DNA of 64,000 bases from Nymphaea colorata. Lineage: Eukaryota. Each line of letters begins with the position of its first letter. Positions within the stretch are counted from its first letter, which is position 1. The translations under genes and the position numbers were made by a program. The notes under the pieces were generated by a model. It was not told the origin of the DNA and made no database searches. It saw nothing but the letters and a program-made list of their open reading frames with translations. The stretch covers positions 11,966,001 through 12,030,000 of the forward strand of contig NC_045138.2 in the NCBI RefSeq assembly GCF_008831285.2, in the 5' to 3' direction. Shown piece by piece: positions 49,350 to 63,117 of the stretch.

Positions 49350-52300
49350 GGAGACGTTTGGGTCATTGACAGTGGTGCCAGTGACCATTTGGCGTCCACT
49401 CTTTCCTTCTTGCCTAATGTTGTTAAATTCAATGTGCCATTTCCGATTAGATTGCCTAATGACAAAGTTGTCTTTGCTACCCAAAAGAGACATGTATTAT
49501 TATCTCCTAATTTAACTCTGGTTTGATGTCATGTATGTCTCTGCGTTCAAGTTTAATCTCCCATCGGTCAGTCGATTAACTAAATCAGCAAACCTTCAGC
49601 TAACTTTCAGTTCCTCTGCTTGTCTTCTGCAGGACCTGACGTCCCAGATGAGGATTCGAGTTGGTGAACTTAGAGACCGCCTATACTGCATTTCAAGTCT
49701 CTGTTTTACATTGTTGGCATATGATTCGACAAGCACGGGCTTCAAATCAATAATACATACATCAGTTTAGAACCTAAATTTTCTGCTTCTGCTTCTGTAA
49801 ATACCAACTGGTTTGAACTTTGAATCAGAACGAAAAACATTTTCTTCTGCTACTAAAACCACTTTAAGTGACAATGTTGACATTTGGCATTTGAGGTTAG
49901 GCCATCATTCTTCGTATAAAAACAAACTATTTTCTGCATATTGTCATGAAATCAAATTTTTAGATTGTCTATGTGAAATGTGTGCTAAGACAAAACAAAC
50001 AAGGATTTCTTTTGATAAAAGCAAAATTTCAACATCAAGAAACCTTTTGAGCATGTGCATTGCGGCATATGGGGACCATATTTTCAATCCTCATTATCTG
50101 GTGCTCATTACTTCTGGAGTCTAGTGGATGATTTCACTAGAACTACTTGGGTCTTTCTTATGAGACATAAAATTGAGACCAAACATTTGCTGAAATATTT
50201 TTTGAGTCTTGTGGATAATCAATTTGAATCAAGAGCTCATAAAATCAGGTTCGATAATGTTCTAAAGTTTGTTTCTCATGAACTAGAGGAGATGTTTCGT
50301 AAAAAAAGGTGTATACTCCACAGCAAAATGGTGTTGTTGAAAGAAAAAGTCATCATTTGCGGTCAGTTGTACGAGCATTGAGATTTCAAGCTAACCTCCC
50401 AACTAAATTTTGGGGAGAGTGTCTCTTGGCTGCTGCCTACTTGATAAATTGAACACCATCACCCTTGCTTGGAAATAAGACTCCCTTTGAAAAACTTTTT
50501 CAAAGAAAACCTTCATATTCACACTTATGTGTATTTAAGTGTCTTTATTATGTCACTAAAGTAAACCTTAAGGATAAATTTGACAAAATGACACATAGAT
50601 GCTTGCTTTTGGGATTTCTGTTTGGAAGAAAAGCTTATTTTGTTTATGATTTAGAAACAAATAAATTGTTTTATAATAGGGATGCTATTTTTCAAGAAAA
50701 GGTATTTCCATATCATGAGTCTCAAAGCAAAGTGGATTCTGTTGTAGTACCACTTCCCTTAGCTGATAATATGCTTGAAAATTATGAGTCTCTAGTGAGG
50801 GATGAACAATCTAGCAACCAAGTTGAGGTGAACCATGAAGGCTCAGTCAGACTCTTGTGCAAATGAATCCCATGAAACCAAGAGTCACCCCCATCCTAGA
50901 GGAAGTCCAAATCTAAATGTTCTTGATTTTCCGAAAGATACCGAACCAAGCCCACCTGAAACCATTGATCCAAACATTCAGTCGCCTCAAAGTTCAAGGC
51001 CATTTGTGCCTCGTCGCTTTACTCGAGTTCGCTGTCCCTCGGTGTTACTAAATTACACCACTCAAGCTTCATGAAGGGCAAGGTCAGCAACTAAATATCC
51101 ATTATCTAATGTTATATCCTTCAATAAATTCTCATTCTTTCACCGTCCTTTCTTAGTCAATATCTCTATGCATCTCATTTGATGAAGCGAATCAATATTC
51201 CTGTTGGAAGGTTGCTATGGCCCCCAGAGATAAGGGCCTTGGAGCAGAATGGTACATGGACGCTCACTCCATGTCCCCATGGGGTGACACCCATTGGCTG
51301 CAAATGGGTATGTTAAACAAAATACAGGGTCAAAAAATTTGGATGCACAGGTGTGGTGAGGGTGTATATATATATATATACAATATTTATTTTAGCTTGT
51401 TTCTCAGCTTAATCTCTGTTCTTTCTTTTTACTTTTATTACTATACATAAAGAAACAGACAGTGAAAAGAAAAAAAAATGTTGAACTTGCATAAGAAAGG
51501 ATATGGTTGTGGCGCGTGTCGGAGCAGCTCCAGCACCAGCGTCTTGTCGACAAGGGTGTGGCCCCTTTTTTGAAGAGTATGTGTGGCATAGGGGCTAATA
51601 GACAGGTTGAACACCAAAAAGCACTCTTAGTGGCCAAAGGATATTCACAAATAGAGGGGTTGGATTTTCATAAAACTTTTGAGACAGTAGCTAAAATGGT
51701 GACAATTTGATGTCTTTTATCAATTGCACTAAAGAAAAATTGACTCCTTTCACAAATGTATGTATATAATGCTTTTTCGCACTGCGATTCAAAAGAGACT
51801 CTTTATATGGCATTGCCACAGCGATATGGAAAAAAGAGGGAGACACATTGTATGCATATTGAACAAGTCTCTTTGTGGATTACGGCATAAGTTCTCAGCT
51901 GCACTAGAAAGGTATGGTTTGAAGCAGTCCAAAGCCTATTATTAGTCTCTTTGCACATGGTGCAAAGAAAAAAATTTTATGTATCATTCTTGTTTACGTT
52001 GATGATCTAGTCACTGCAGGAAATGACCAAGATTTTGTGCATGGGTTAAAGGAATACCTTAACTCAGTTTTTCACATAAAAGACGTGATTTGAAATATTC
52101 TTTACGAATTGAGCTACCTCGCTCAAAAGAGGAAACTTCTCTTTTACAAAGGAAATATTGCTTGGGGATTTTCGAAGAAGTCGGATGTCTCAATGCTCGT
52201 TCAGCAGAAGCACCCATGGAGCAGCAAAGTTGCCTTTTTGAACATGATAGAGAAGTTTTGAAGGACCTGAAAGTTTATAGGCATCTAGTCGGCAGACTCA

Positions 52301-52545
52301 TTTACTTGACCATATCAAGACCTGATTTATAATTTGCTGTTAATATTTTCAGCAGATTTGAGATTTCTACAAAAGCCGCACTCTAGTCATCTTGCTACAG
52401 CCATGAGAGTGGCTCGCTATGGGCGTTATGTTGTCATCTAGTAGTGATATTCAGTTAAAGGCCTTTTATGAAGCTGATTGGGGAGCATGTCATGAGACCA
52501 GAAGATCCATTACTTGCTATTGCATTTATATTGGGTTTTTCACAA
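49350..52545 (+). mobile_element. Degenerate Ty1/copia pol (protease-integrase-RT-partial RNase H); no gag or LTRs seen
   Basis: WVIDSGASDH, DIWHLRLGH, HCGIWGPY, LVDDFTRTTWVFL, FWGECL, KTPFEKL, LVAKGYSQIEGLDF, LVYVDD and YRHLVGRLIYLTISRPD appear in copia order. A foreign segment at ~51330-51590 ends in a GTGTGGCATAG MITE-like terminus. Confidence 0.93.
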
Positions 52546-52735
52546 GTAGTCTCCATTTCATTTATTGAGAAGGAATGAAAGAGTACTGAAAATTTAAAAA
52601 AAAAAAAAAAAAAGAAGGGCAATACAGCCAAACTAGACACCGTTCCTAACAAAGGGCATTAACCCATTAGAAGTCAGTCCCACTCTCTATCTTCATTATA
52701 CGCATTCAAAAATATGATCCATCTCTACTCACAAA

Positions 52736-54026
52736 TAGGAATGTTCAGCGAGTTGAGCCAACTCGTGCTTACTTGGATAAACTCAACTCGAGCTTGACTT
52801 GTAAGATAAATGAGTCGAGTTCAAGCTTAACTGATGACTCAGTTTGTAAATGAGTCAAGTTCGAGTTGGATGAACTCAACTCGATTAGACTCAATTAAAC
52901 TTAGTTGGCAACTCACTGAGTTGACTTGGGAATCTTTCAAGTCAGCTCAAATCGCCAACAAATCCAGCTATGAGTCAAGGTTGGCCTCGCTCGTCCCTGA
53001 CTTGGCCCAACTTAGCCTGACTCACCCTTGACTCAGCTTGACTCGGCCTGACTTGCCACTGACTTGTCTGATTCAGCTGCAATGATTTATGTTTTAGTTA
53101 TTTAAATAGTAGTTAGTAAATAATCTGTAAAAATAGTCATATTTTGAGAGACACATATAATTTTATAAGGTGGAAAGATGGCCTGTGATTTCAATGAAAA
53201 ATGCATGAACATTTCCATCTTAAGCTAGTCTTATAGCACTTAAAAAAAAGTTTACAGCTTTGATTCAAATAGTGCTTCTTTACACATGAAGACGCTAAAG
53301 ACTATGATGTCTTAGTATGAAGCAGATCACCTACTATTGTTTCCATCGCATTCACAAGTTCGGTAAAGTAACAAAAGTAGGATTCTTTAAAAGATAAATA
53401 GCCAATGTCTGGACTGGACTGGATGGCTTAAGAGAGCTGTATTTGGAATTTTAGCAAGCATTCAATTATTCATCATGTCTCTATAATTGAGAAACAAGAA
53501 GATGACGCTGCTTGATGGTACATAAATCATGAGAGCTTTCTATATATATTGTTTATTTCGAGGGGCGCGTAAATCAGTCAAGTTCGAGTTGGATGAACTC
53601 AACTCAATTAGACTCGATTAACCATCGTTGGCAAACTCACTTAGTTGACTCGGGAATCGCTCGAGTCAGCTTAGCCAACAAATCTTGTCACGAGTCAAGA
53701 TTGGCCTCACTCGCCCTTTACTCAGCTTGACTCGGTCTAACATGGCATCGATTTGTCACTAACTTGTCTGATTCAGTTGCAGTGATTTATATTTTGGTTA
53801 ATTGGATACTTTACTGAGTCGATGAGTCAACTCACTGACCCAATAACCTGGTCATTTGCAGATCTGAGTCTGAGTCACAAGTTTGCCCTCTATACTTTTG
53901 ATACTAATACTTATTTTCGTAATTTCAAAAAGTTAAAATGGCTTAAATAATAATGTGAAAAATTTAAACATAAAATAGACTTAAGAGAATCGAGCTCGAG
54001 CCAGGCTCACTCGTTGTACATCCATA
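52736..54026. mobile_element. hAT-type MITE with an internal duplication and captured DNA
   Basis: TIRs TAGGAATGTTCAGCGAG / CTCGTTGTACATCCATA, TSD CTCACAAA / CCCACAAA, and GAGT/ACTC motifs; related to the 8304 family. Confidence 0.8.
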
Positions 54027-54559
54027 CCCACAAAAAAGAGGGTCGTATTGCATGCAAATGAGGATTTTGCAAAAGAGAAGAAAAGAAAGTTTGAAAAGAG
54101 TAACTTGCCTCTGATTTTGAAGCTACGAGACAGAAGGAGGAGGTAGGATCTGTACGCGAGTCACGGTTTTAAATTCTAAATTGTACATCTTAAAGTCTAA
54201 ATGGTCGACATATTACCTAAGAAAATGATGCCAATTTAAAACTAGATGGATTTTAAATTCCATGCATTTAATAATGCTTCTTAAAAGCAATGCCACGTGA
54301 TGAACAGTTTTATTTTGGGATAACTTTTTTTAGAAAAATTTCCAAAACTGGCTACATATATCTCAAGAAACATTAGTGACATTATACCTTTCTTACATAT
54401 TTTGACCCATTCAAACATTAGTGACATTATACCTTTCTTACAGTCATATTTTGACCCATACAGTGATGTGTGCAAGCATTTATGTCGTCCCACTAGTGCA
54501 AATGTACCTCCAAAAACTCCTATATGGAAAAAAAAAAAACCACCTTAAATCACTCAGCC

Positions 54560-55040
54560 AAGGGTCTGATTTTATTTGTTTTAGATCATTTGATCCAGAT
54601 TTGGGTCAGGTTATTGGATCTTGGTACAAAGGATTTAGGTAAGAGATATAATGGATCTCGACTGAGTTGCTAGACATAAGTTTAAAAGATTTGGGTCAGA
54701 GGCCTAATTTGATCTGGTTTGAGATGTTAAATCAAGGTTTGACGGATCAGAAGTTTAACTGGCCCGATTTTAGACGTTGGATCTGGATTTAATGGACTTA
54801 CATCAGAGGATAAATTGACTTTCTCTGAGGTGTTGGATATGGATTTGGATCAAATGTCAAATCTGATCAAATCTGATCCAGCTTAATGTTGGATATGGAT
54901 TAATGGATTTGGATTGCAGGTCTAACCTAATCCAGTCTGAGGTGTTGGACGTGGGGTTTAATGGATTTGGTTCAGAAGGCTAATCTGATCCGATCTGATG
55001 GACTTCATTTGGATTTGGAACCGGTGACTTAATCCAGGTC
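54560..55040. repeat. Degenerate GGATC/GGATTT-motif repeat (MITE subterminal-like)
   Basis: Many imperfect TTGGAT(A/C)TGGATT and TCTGATCC motifs. Confidence 0.5.
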
Positions 55041-57329
55041 GATAAGCATAGAAGGTTTGAAAACTTATGCTACCTTTTTTATTGAAAAATTTTAGTTTTT
55101 CTAAAGAAGAAAAATTCTCGAAATTGGTTTAAGGTTTGTGAAGAATGCTTGAGCTAGAGGGCAGAAGCGTCATCTTTGCATATGAACCTCCCCTTACCTA
55201 CCGAGTAAAAGGTATATATATATATATATATATATAAAGAGAGAGAGAGAGAGAATGTTTATTTCAAAAGTTTTTATTATTTTGAAATCCTTCTCTATTT
55301 TCCCAAAGGACATAGGATAACTCCTTAAGGAATTTATCCGACGCATTTGACTATGCAGTTTTTTATTTTCTAAAAGAACAAGATTATAAGTACTTCTATT
55401 TAAATTTTAGCATATAAGAAAGAAACCACATTTAAACAAGAAAGCAATTCCCTGAATGCTGATTTTTACTGCGGATTCAAAGAGAAAACCTGATGTAGAA
55501 TTTGGTGAAGATATAGAGATGGTTTTGGAAATTTTAATCTCGATGAGACCGCAGAATGAGTAAGATTCAAACACCAAGGTTAGGTTCAGTTCGTTTCCAA
55601 GGGCACTTTAGGGGTTAAATTTCAAAAAGCTATTGTAAAACAATTTAATAAGTTTATCAAAATATACATCAATAGTATTCAAGTCAAATTAACATGAAAA
55701 AAATATTGATATTAAGGTAGGAATTCTTCAAATAAACAGCCCACACTTGAGATTGAGTTTCTAAAACCCATCATCCTAACCATCCGACAGGGTTACACAT
55801 AGGGGCTAAGTTATCATATGCAGCCCCTTACCTTGGAAGCTTCCATCTGCAGCTTGCCTTGCCTTGTGAAAGTGAAATGCTGGCAACTATTCGAGAAACA
55901 GGACCGGCCCGAAAAAGCCCAGCCCTCCACGACCAAAAGCCCAATTAAGCCCGCCCGACCCATTATCAGTCGGGCCGGGCCGGGTTTCGGGCATTAACCG
56001 AAACCTGAGGCCTAAAATTACATTGCCCGGCTCGATACGGTTTCCGGGCTTCGATTTTGACATTCTTATCGGGCCCCCCGATGCACAGCCTACTTAATAA
56101 CTAAAATGACTTTAGTTAATAGGGAAAAAAAAACTTTTTGTATGGACAAAAAATGTAAACACAAAAAGTTAAAAGAGTAAAAAGGACATTTTCTTTTTTA
56201 ATATTCCAACTCCTGTTTTTTTGGCGTATGTGCCACTCACTCTCCCATTAGGAAGACAGCTATAAAATTAGGATAATATGACAGAAATGTCTATCTCTCT
56301 CTCGTGCTTAGAGAACCAGTGAATGTCACATGTTACAAATTAAAGCATGACATCCGCCGCTATAAAGTATCACATCATAGAGGCTTAGAGTACAAAAACG
56401 GAAAACGAGACATGACGCCAAACTAAAAAGAAACCCAAATTAGGCTCTGTCACACGCCAATACACATCATAAATTACAAACATTAGTGGATTTGAATTCT
56501 TGTGGACTGTAGGCGACATGATACTAACAGACCTCCAGTTAATATTAGCCTCCCAATCAAATTCCAAGGATGAACTTCTTATCTGGCTGTCATCCCGAAC
56601 CTTTGGCGCAGTCCTCAGTCCTCGACTTTCATTGTGCAGATCGCTGCAACCTACAGCAAAAGAGGCCAAAAGATCCACTTATGTCTGCTTTGGTGTTTTA
56701 TGGTGTCCTATTTCATAGATTAGGGTTTTTAAGGTCATCGAGATACTGTTAAACCCTAGTTCAGATATCTGAGTGGATTTTTTATTTGTTTTCATCTAGT
56801 TTAGCAAAATTTATAGATTTTAGTCCACATTTGTGTATCTTAGCTACGTTCATGTCAATTAGTGTCGGTTCAATTCAATCATTAAGTCTGAGTGTCTCGC
56901 ATCTAGGGTTTAGAGCTATTCACTTGTGATTTTTAGTTTTCAATGTGTGTCTTTATATTGATTTGAGTTCAGATTGGGTCTTATGAAATGTCTTTAGGCT
57001 TTAGGATTTTTATCATGAAATTAAGTACTTTGCTTTTTGGTTACGACTTCATGTTTTTCCAACGGGCAGATTGTTGAGTTCATGAGATCTATTGAAAATA
57101 TTTACAATCGAGTTGCAAGACATAGGGCATGGCTTTTGAACTTCAGTTTTAACATATCGAACTATTAGGTCGTGATTGTGTGCGCCTTTCTTTTCTTTAG
57201 TTTGAAGCAAAAAAGTTTAGATTCTATTAAAATTCTTCTCAATGTCGATTCCTTGAATTGGACTAGGCATTTAGTAGTTGTAATTGTGGTTTTTTGGTGT
57301 GCAGTTTCACTAAGTATTACGACGATAAA

Positions 57330-58720
57330 CCTTTATCTTTCATGCCACATTTAAAACCACATTAATGAGCTTGGAGGTACAGTTTCTCCATTTTGTTTGT
57401 TGATTCTAAAGATGTATTAAGTTAAATTGGTATTATTTTTATCTATTAAAGAAGAAGGCCAAGTAAACAATTGCCATGTCTCCAAAAGTAGCAGGTAAAG
57501 AAATATTTTGTAAGCATAGGCTGAACATATGACATTTATGTGGATAACGTTATGATATAGCAAGTAAAAAATTACGAAATTGAATACGCATACTATATTC
57601 TCCTTCTCAAATCAGCTAAAAATTAGCTCTAGTTGCTAGACACTTAACATACTTGGTACTTGAGTTGTTCTTCAATGCATTAGCTAGGTTGCAAGCTTTT
57701 TCTGCAGCCCAAGTAAGAAAAAAATTGGAGCTTACTCAAAAGGCAAAATATATGAGGATTAGCCCTAGAAATAAGTTTCAAATGGTGTGGTGATACTCAT
57801 TAGGGTTATATCAAGGCTATGCCATCCTCAATTTAATCTATATGTATTTTTTGGGAACAAGGTGTTAGAGTTTATTAAGGACAATATAAATTCAAGAGAA
57901 TCTAAGCCAAAGTTCTTGGTACATGCATCATGAGATTCTGAGTTTGTATTTGGTTTACTTTGATGAATAAATTTTTGGGGATAGCTACAAGCAAAAGATT
58001 ATGGTATTGTTAATGCTATTAATTTTAGTTGTTTCAAGATAATGCTTTCAAGATTTCAGATATAATGGTCCGGACTCTACTATCAACAAAATAAATACAT
58101 TTTGCAATAAAGGTAATGCTGAAATGCCTAATTTAGAGGACTCGTACACACCTCAAGAACAACTAAGATATGTAGCTGAAAAGATTAAATATTTGCATCA
58201 TTGTCACGTTTGTTGCTTTATAGTAACGTTGATCTACAGCATCAAAATTCTTGAACAATAGTTTTATTGAGGTAAAGGCAAAGCTTCTCCTTTAGTGGGA
58301 TGTTTAAGTCCAAAGAACTTTTCTATTGCTTTTGATAAACGCAAGTCATCTTGTAGAATTATATCTGACCTCGTGCAGATGTGAAAGTCCATTGATGGTA
58401 CATATTAAAGATATGAAGACGAATGTGAAACTTTTAAATTTAAATTCTTTAGGAAACCTTGTAGAAATGATAGTAACAACAAGATGACACATGCTATCTT
58501 CTCCCTGGTATATTTGTTGAACAAATTGGGAGTAGATTCACTTCAATCAATGAGAGAGCATTTTCAACAATCAATAATTTCAAAAATCAGGTTTGTAATA
58601 AAATGGGAGATGAGTGGTTGATGATGTTTTGGTTACTTACAATGCCAAGGATATATTTGACAACATTAATAATGAAGTGACCATGATTTTTTTAAAGATT
58701 TGAAAGGCCAACTAAAATAA
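57330..58720 (+). mobile_element. Decayed hAT transposase 3' half
   Basis: GLALEISFKWCGDTH*G, EFVFGL, QKDYGIVNAI, FCNKGNAEMPNLED, GCLSPKNFSIAFDK and V.NKMGDEWL. Confidence 0.7.
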
Positions 58721-59454
58721 CTATAAGTTTGTATACAACTACAGTGAATTTTTTTTTATGCCAATTGTAAATTTGTTCATAATTAATTAGTTATTTGATT
58801 TTTTAAGGCAAAGTAATTTGATTTATTTTTTAAGGCAATTGTAAATTTTTAGGTCCAATTCAAAATTTGTCTATTATTCTGACTATTTGTTTTGCTTAAT
58901 GAGGCCAATTGCAATTTGTTAATAATTGTAGCTCCAGGTGAGCGATAGGGTGCCCTACTTCCCTGATGAGAGGCAAAAAAAATCCCCTTCTGTCTCCCAA
59001 AGTAATTTGATTTATTTTTTAAGGCAATTGTAAATTTTAATGGTGTTCACTTAATTTTGTAAGTTTTTTTTTTTTTTATTTTACTATGCATTAGAGCTCC
59101 CAGCCAAAATCTTCAGTCTCCTTGGAGACATCCAAAAAAATTGGAATGGAAACAAGAAGACCTTAATGTATAATTATGTCAATAATTCTTAAACGAGGTC
59201 CTTCTTTAGTAATTTCAAACCCCTACCTTATAAGCTAAGTAACACAGACATGGATGGAAGGCTGTTGTACCTTTGTCGACACAACAGTTTTCTGCTTTGC
59301 ATATAATTTTTTCATGAAATTTTTACAGGTTTTTGTAGAATTTGACTGATTTTTGTAAAAATAAAATAATTTTTACATATTTTTGTGATATTTTCTATAG
59401 TTTTGTAGAATTTTGCTTATTTTTTGGGAAAATTTGGGCGCGCGCACACACACA

Positions 59455-59457
<3 letters not shown>

Positions 59458-59543
<86 letters not shown>
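59458..59543. repeat. (TA)43 microsatellite
   Basis: Read directly from the sequence. Confidence 0.95.
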
Positions 59544-59544
<1 letters not shown>

Positions 59545-62055
59545 CTTTCCTTATCCCCATGTTCACAATTTTTAAAATTGTCGCGTCTGTCATACTTGTG
59601 ATTGACAAGGACCAATCCAATTACATATTGTACATGATTATTAGAACATCCTAAAATTGCTCCAAGGAAAACAGTTGCACTCTTCATTAATGGATGACGT
59701 TGGACATATCCAAAAGCTCAACCAAGCAAGATTTTAATATCAAAGCATGAAAACGTAACCAATACTAATACGCAATGAACTCTCCGGTTGTGAGTGGGAA
59801 ACATGTTTGTCCTTTTCATGTATAGAAGGGATTGAAAGTTCATATATAGGTTCAAGAATTTCTGGCTTATGAGGTCCAAGCTACACACCCGAATACTTCT
59901 TGTAATCTCAACTCTTGTTTATCAAATTGCGGTCAGAGTGATAATAGCGTCTTTTTTCTGCTAACCAGCTCAATTACTCGTCTCTTGGGAGACGTCCGCC
60001 AAAATTGGATTGGTAAGAAGCAACCCAAGTTAAATTAGATTGTGCGGAGGAAAAAATGGACGCTTCAAATGTTCAAAAAGAAAGAAGTAAGTTTCAGTAC
60101 ATGCAACTAGAAGTATGAGCATGAAAAGTGGCCAATAAGGGGCTACTACTTATGGAAAATACTCGTATCAAAATTTGTTAGTTATTTAACGTCTCATCAA
60201 AATTCCATCTGGTAAGTAACAAATCTTCTGCTCCAGAAGACATAGCATAGCTGCTTGAGCAGGTGGAGCGATGAAAATATGCAGTTTAATTTATGCCAAC
60301 ACAGGTGTACTGCTCTCCACTCAAAGTAGTCTTAGACCTTGGTGTGGAAAAAGGAAATGATGCTTTGGCTCCCTTAAGTACCCAAAATCTAATAAATTTT
60401 ATTATGCATTTAAGGTTTAATTTAAAATCCTGCCAATTAGAAGTTTTTTTAATCTTACATTCATATGAATGAAGTTACCCAAACCTCTAAGGTAGGGTAG
60501 GGGGAAGGGGAAGGAGCTTCAAGGGAAACTCCCTTGGTTTAATAAAATATCCTGCCAATTAGTTTTTTTTTTTTTTTAAATCTGAAATTCGTAAGAATGA
60601 CGTTAACTTCCAATCTAACAGGCAGTCAACCAGAGACTGGCCAAATATTTTCGACAGGTTTCTTTTTCTTTATTTTGGCCATTGAGTTCTCCTGTCTCAT
60701 AGTAACTGCAATAACTTTTTTTTTTCGTGATATTTCTTTATCCATGTTAAAGTCTGAATAAATATTTAAATCTAATACAAATTTTCCTTTATAAAGGAGT
60801 TCCTACTGCTTGACACCTTGGATTTATAGATTACCTCCACCAAATATCTCCGTTTACACGTGCCAACAATCCAGAATATGATCATGAATTATAAACGACT
60901 TTTGGGAAAAGAGCAACAAACATGGCCACTCCCTTTGAATTGTTCAGAGCCTCATATAGTAAGCTGACAGTATTGGTGCATAGAGTTTTTTTTTTTTTTG
61001 AAACTGTTTTCAATATTTTAAAAATATGAAATATGGAATAGCTTTATCGAATGTATAAATTTAGCAAACGACAGGCCCATGGTATATAGTAAATGGCCAC
61101 AATTAGTGGCAGCAGTAAAAATGGAGAGCGTTCATAGGCGTTTTTCCGAATGTTTAGAGAGGGGAAGGCAATTTTTCAAATACTTCGCAGAAAATGGGTG
61201 CCAATAATGAAATAGCTAGATGGATACCAAAACCAAAATGATCAGATCCGAAAATTAATGAATATGATCGGATCAGAAAATTAATGAATATTATTGCTCA
61301 GATTCATTTTGTCTATTCTCCAAAGACATTCAATAAAATTGGAACGGCACGAGAGGAGATTATTACATATATTAATCACTGCGGCTCATGCATACTAGGA
61401 CCGTAGGACGGAATAATTTTTTATGGCTTGCTTAAAAACGAATTTGACAAAAGACGACTATTCTGAGATAACTCCAATACCTTTAACAGTATCAAAGCCT
61501 TGGGTACCTGGTTTTCTCAAAACTTTAGGTGAAACTAAAACATATCTGAAAAAGCACTTTTTCTGTCGGCATTTTTAGCGGGAAAATGACGCTAAATCTG
61601 GAGTCATAAATTCCGATTTAGTCCCCCAGAAAGTTTGTCCGCGAGTCTCAGCCTCACACCTCTCCACTTCCAGTTCGAAGATGAAGGTAAGGAAGATACC
61701 TTCTTTATCACAAGTGGGAACGGCAGAAGAACAAGATCCAAACCAATAAAGACTAGCAAGAACCATACTTTGAACTTTAGATCAGCCCTAAGATTATTAT
61801 ATCCAACCAAACCTTTCTCTTTTCAGGACGCAGGTGAGTCCGACCACCAAAGCTTTACCAAACGAAGACCCTGAAAAAATGAGGCAACTGAATGGGAGTC
61901 GGAACTTGATCCAGATCCTCCTCATATCCAACGAAAGTTAATAATTATGTTAAAGCACTGAACCAAAAGACGGTTAAAAAGGGTATCCATAACATTACAA
62001 AATATACAAAAAAATCCCAGACCTATGCGTTGCCCCTCCGGGCGTCGCCGACCCT

Positions 62056-63117
62056 TCACCTCCTTGCCCGCTTTCTGACCGTCCTGGACGGTGGCGGTGG
62101 CGGAGGAGCAGGTTGCGCCTCTGCTTCCTTAGCCCTCTGCCTCCCCGCGACACCTTTTTTCGGTGGCCGCCCAACTCCTCTCTTGGGCGGGGCCGAAGCC
62201 GGAGCATTCTGTCTGCCGCCAGTCTGCCTCGAACCAGGTTCCTTCCGGCCATCTCTCCCTCCTTTTCGCTGGTCTCCGCCCCTCCCACCATTACCACCAC
62301 CCGATTCCCTCAACGTCTCGAGCAGGTTTGTCCCCGCAGAAGTCATGGCGGCTGAGGTCGTCGTTGTTGGGCCGCCGCTTGCCCTCTTCATCCTGTTCAG
62401 GAAGTTTGCTGCGGCCGCGCTCCGCTTTTTCGACGGCAATTCTGCCTTCTCCCCTACGGTAACATTCAACACCCCCTTCGAAGCCGTTGTCGTGGACGCC
62501 GTGAGGCTGCGGCCGTGGTTGGAACTCTGACTCGCGTTCTGGTGGCTGGAAGAATTCGGCGCGTTCTTTGTTGCCATCATGCTCGCCCTGCTCTTATTGG
62601 TCCTCGAGCCCTTGAGAGGCCTCTTCTTCGACTCGTTCTCCGCTCCTCCCTTGCCCTCTCTCGAACCGGGTCCGTCAGGCTCCTCCCGTGTAACCGATTC
62701 GGTCTCCACGTTAGGCTGTTTCGCGGCCTCCGGTTGAGAGGCAGACAAGGTGCTGCGCTTTCTGCTAACGACGACTGGGGCGACGGAGTTACCGGACTTG
62801 GAAGGTTGCGAAACGGGATTGTTTGAACCGGATCTGGGTTGTTCCTTCGTATCGGAAGACGGAGACGGGTCGGACATGTTCTCGGCTTTCTGGGCTTTAT
62901 TGGGGGCCATCAGTTCTCTGGTGACGAGGTCCCGAAGGTGGCCAGCGGCGGTAGACTCCGGCGAGTTCTTGGGATAGAAAACAAGAGCATTGTTGAAGAG
63001 GAGGAGGAGGTCCCTGAAAAATTCCAGGGGGCTAGAGTAGTGCCCTTCTTCGACTCGCGTCGATACTGCCTCGAGATCTACGTGCTTCCGGATCAGACTT
63101 CTGTAATACATGGTGTC
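62056..63117 (-). CDS. Bromodomain-containing protein with a C-terminal AT-hook, last exon (upstream exons lie beyond the window)
   Basis: Acceptor tatcag|GAC, then DTMYYRSLIRKHVDLEAVSTRVEEGHYSSPLEFFRDLLLLFNNALVFYPKNSPE (bromodomain C-terminal half), a low-complexity tail, AT-hook KRGVGRPPKK and a basic end. Resembles the plant SANT/Myb plus bromodomain family. Confidence 0.9.
   Translation of the reverse strand, partial: DTMYYRSLIRKHVDLEAVSTRVEEGHYSSPLEFFRDLLLLFNNALVFYPKNSPESTAAGHLRDLVTRELMAPNKAQKAENMSDPSPSSDTKEQPRSGSNNPVSQPSKSGNSVAPVVVSRKRSTLSASQPEAAKQPNVETESVTREEPDGPGSREGKGGAENESKKRPLKGSRTNKSRASMMATKNAPNSSSHQNASQSSNHGRSLTASTTTASKGVLNVTVGEKAELPSKKRSAAAANFLNRMKRASGGPTTTTSAAMTSAGTNLLETLRESGGGNGGRGGDQRKGGRDGRKEPGSRQTGGRQNAPASAPPKRGVGRPPKKGVAGRQRAKEAEAQPAPPPPPPSRTVRKRARR

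Noticed and set aside
59342..59687. IYIYIY-repeat ORFs (also at 3744, 4180, 44958 and 45119)
   Set aside because: Translations of (TA)n microsatellites.
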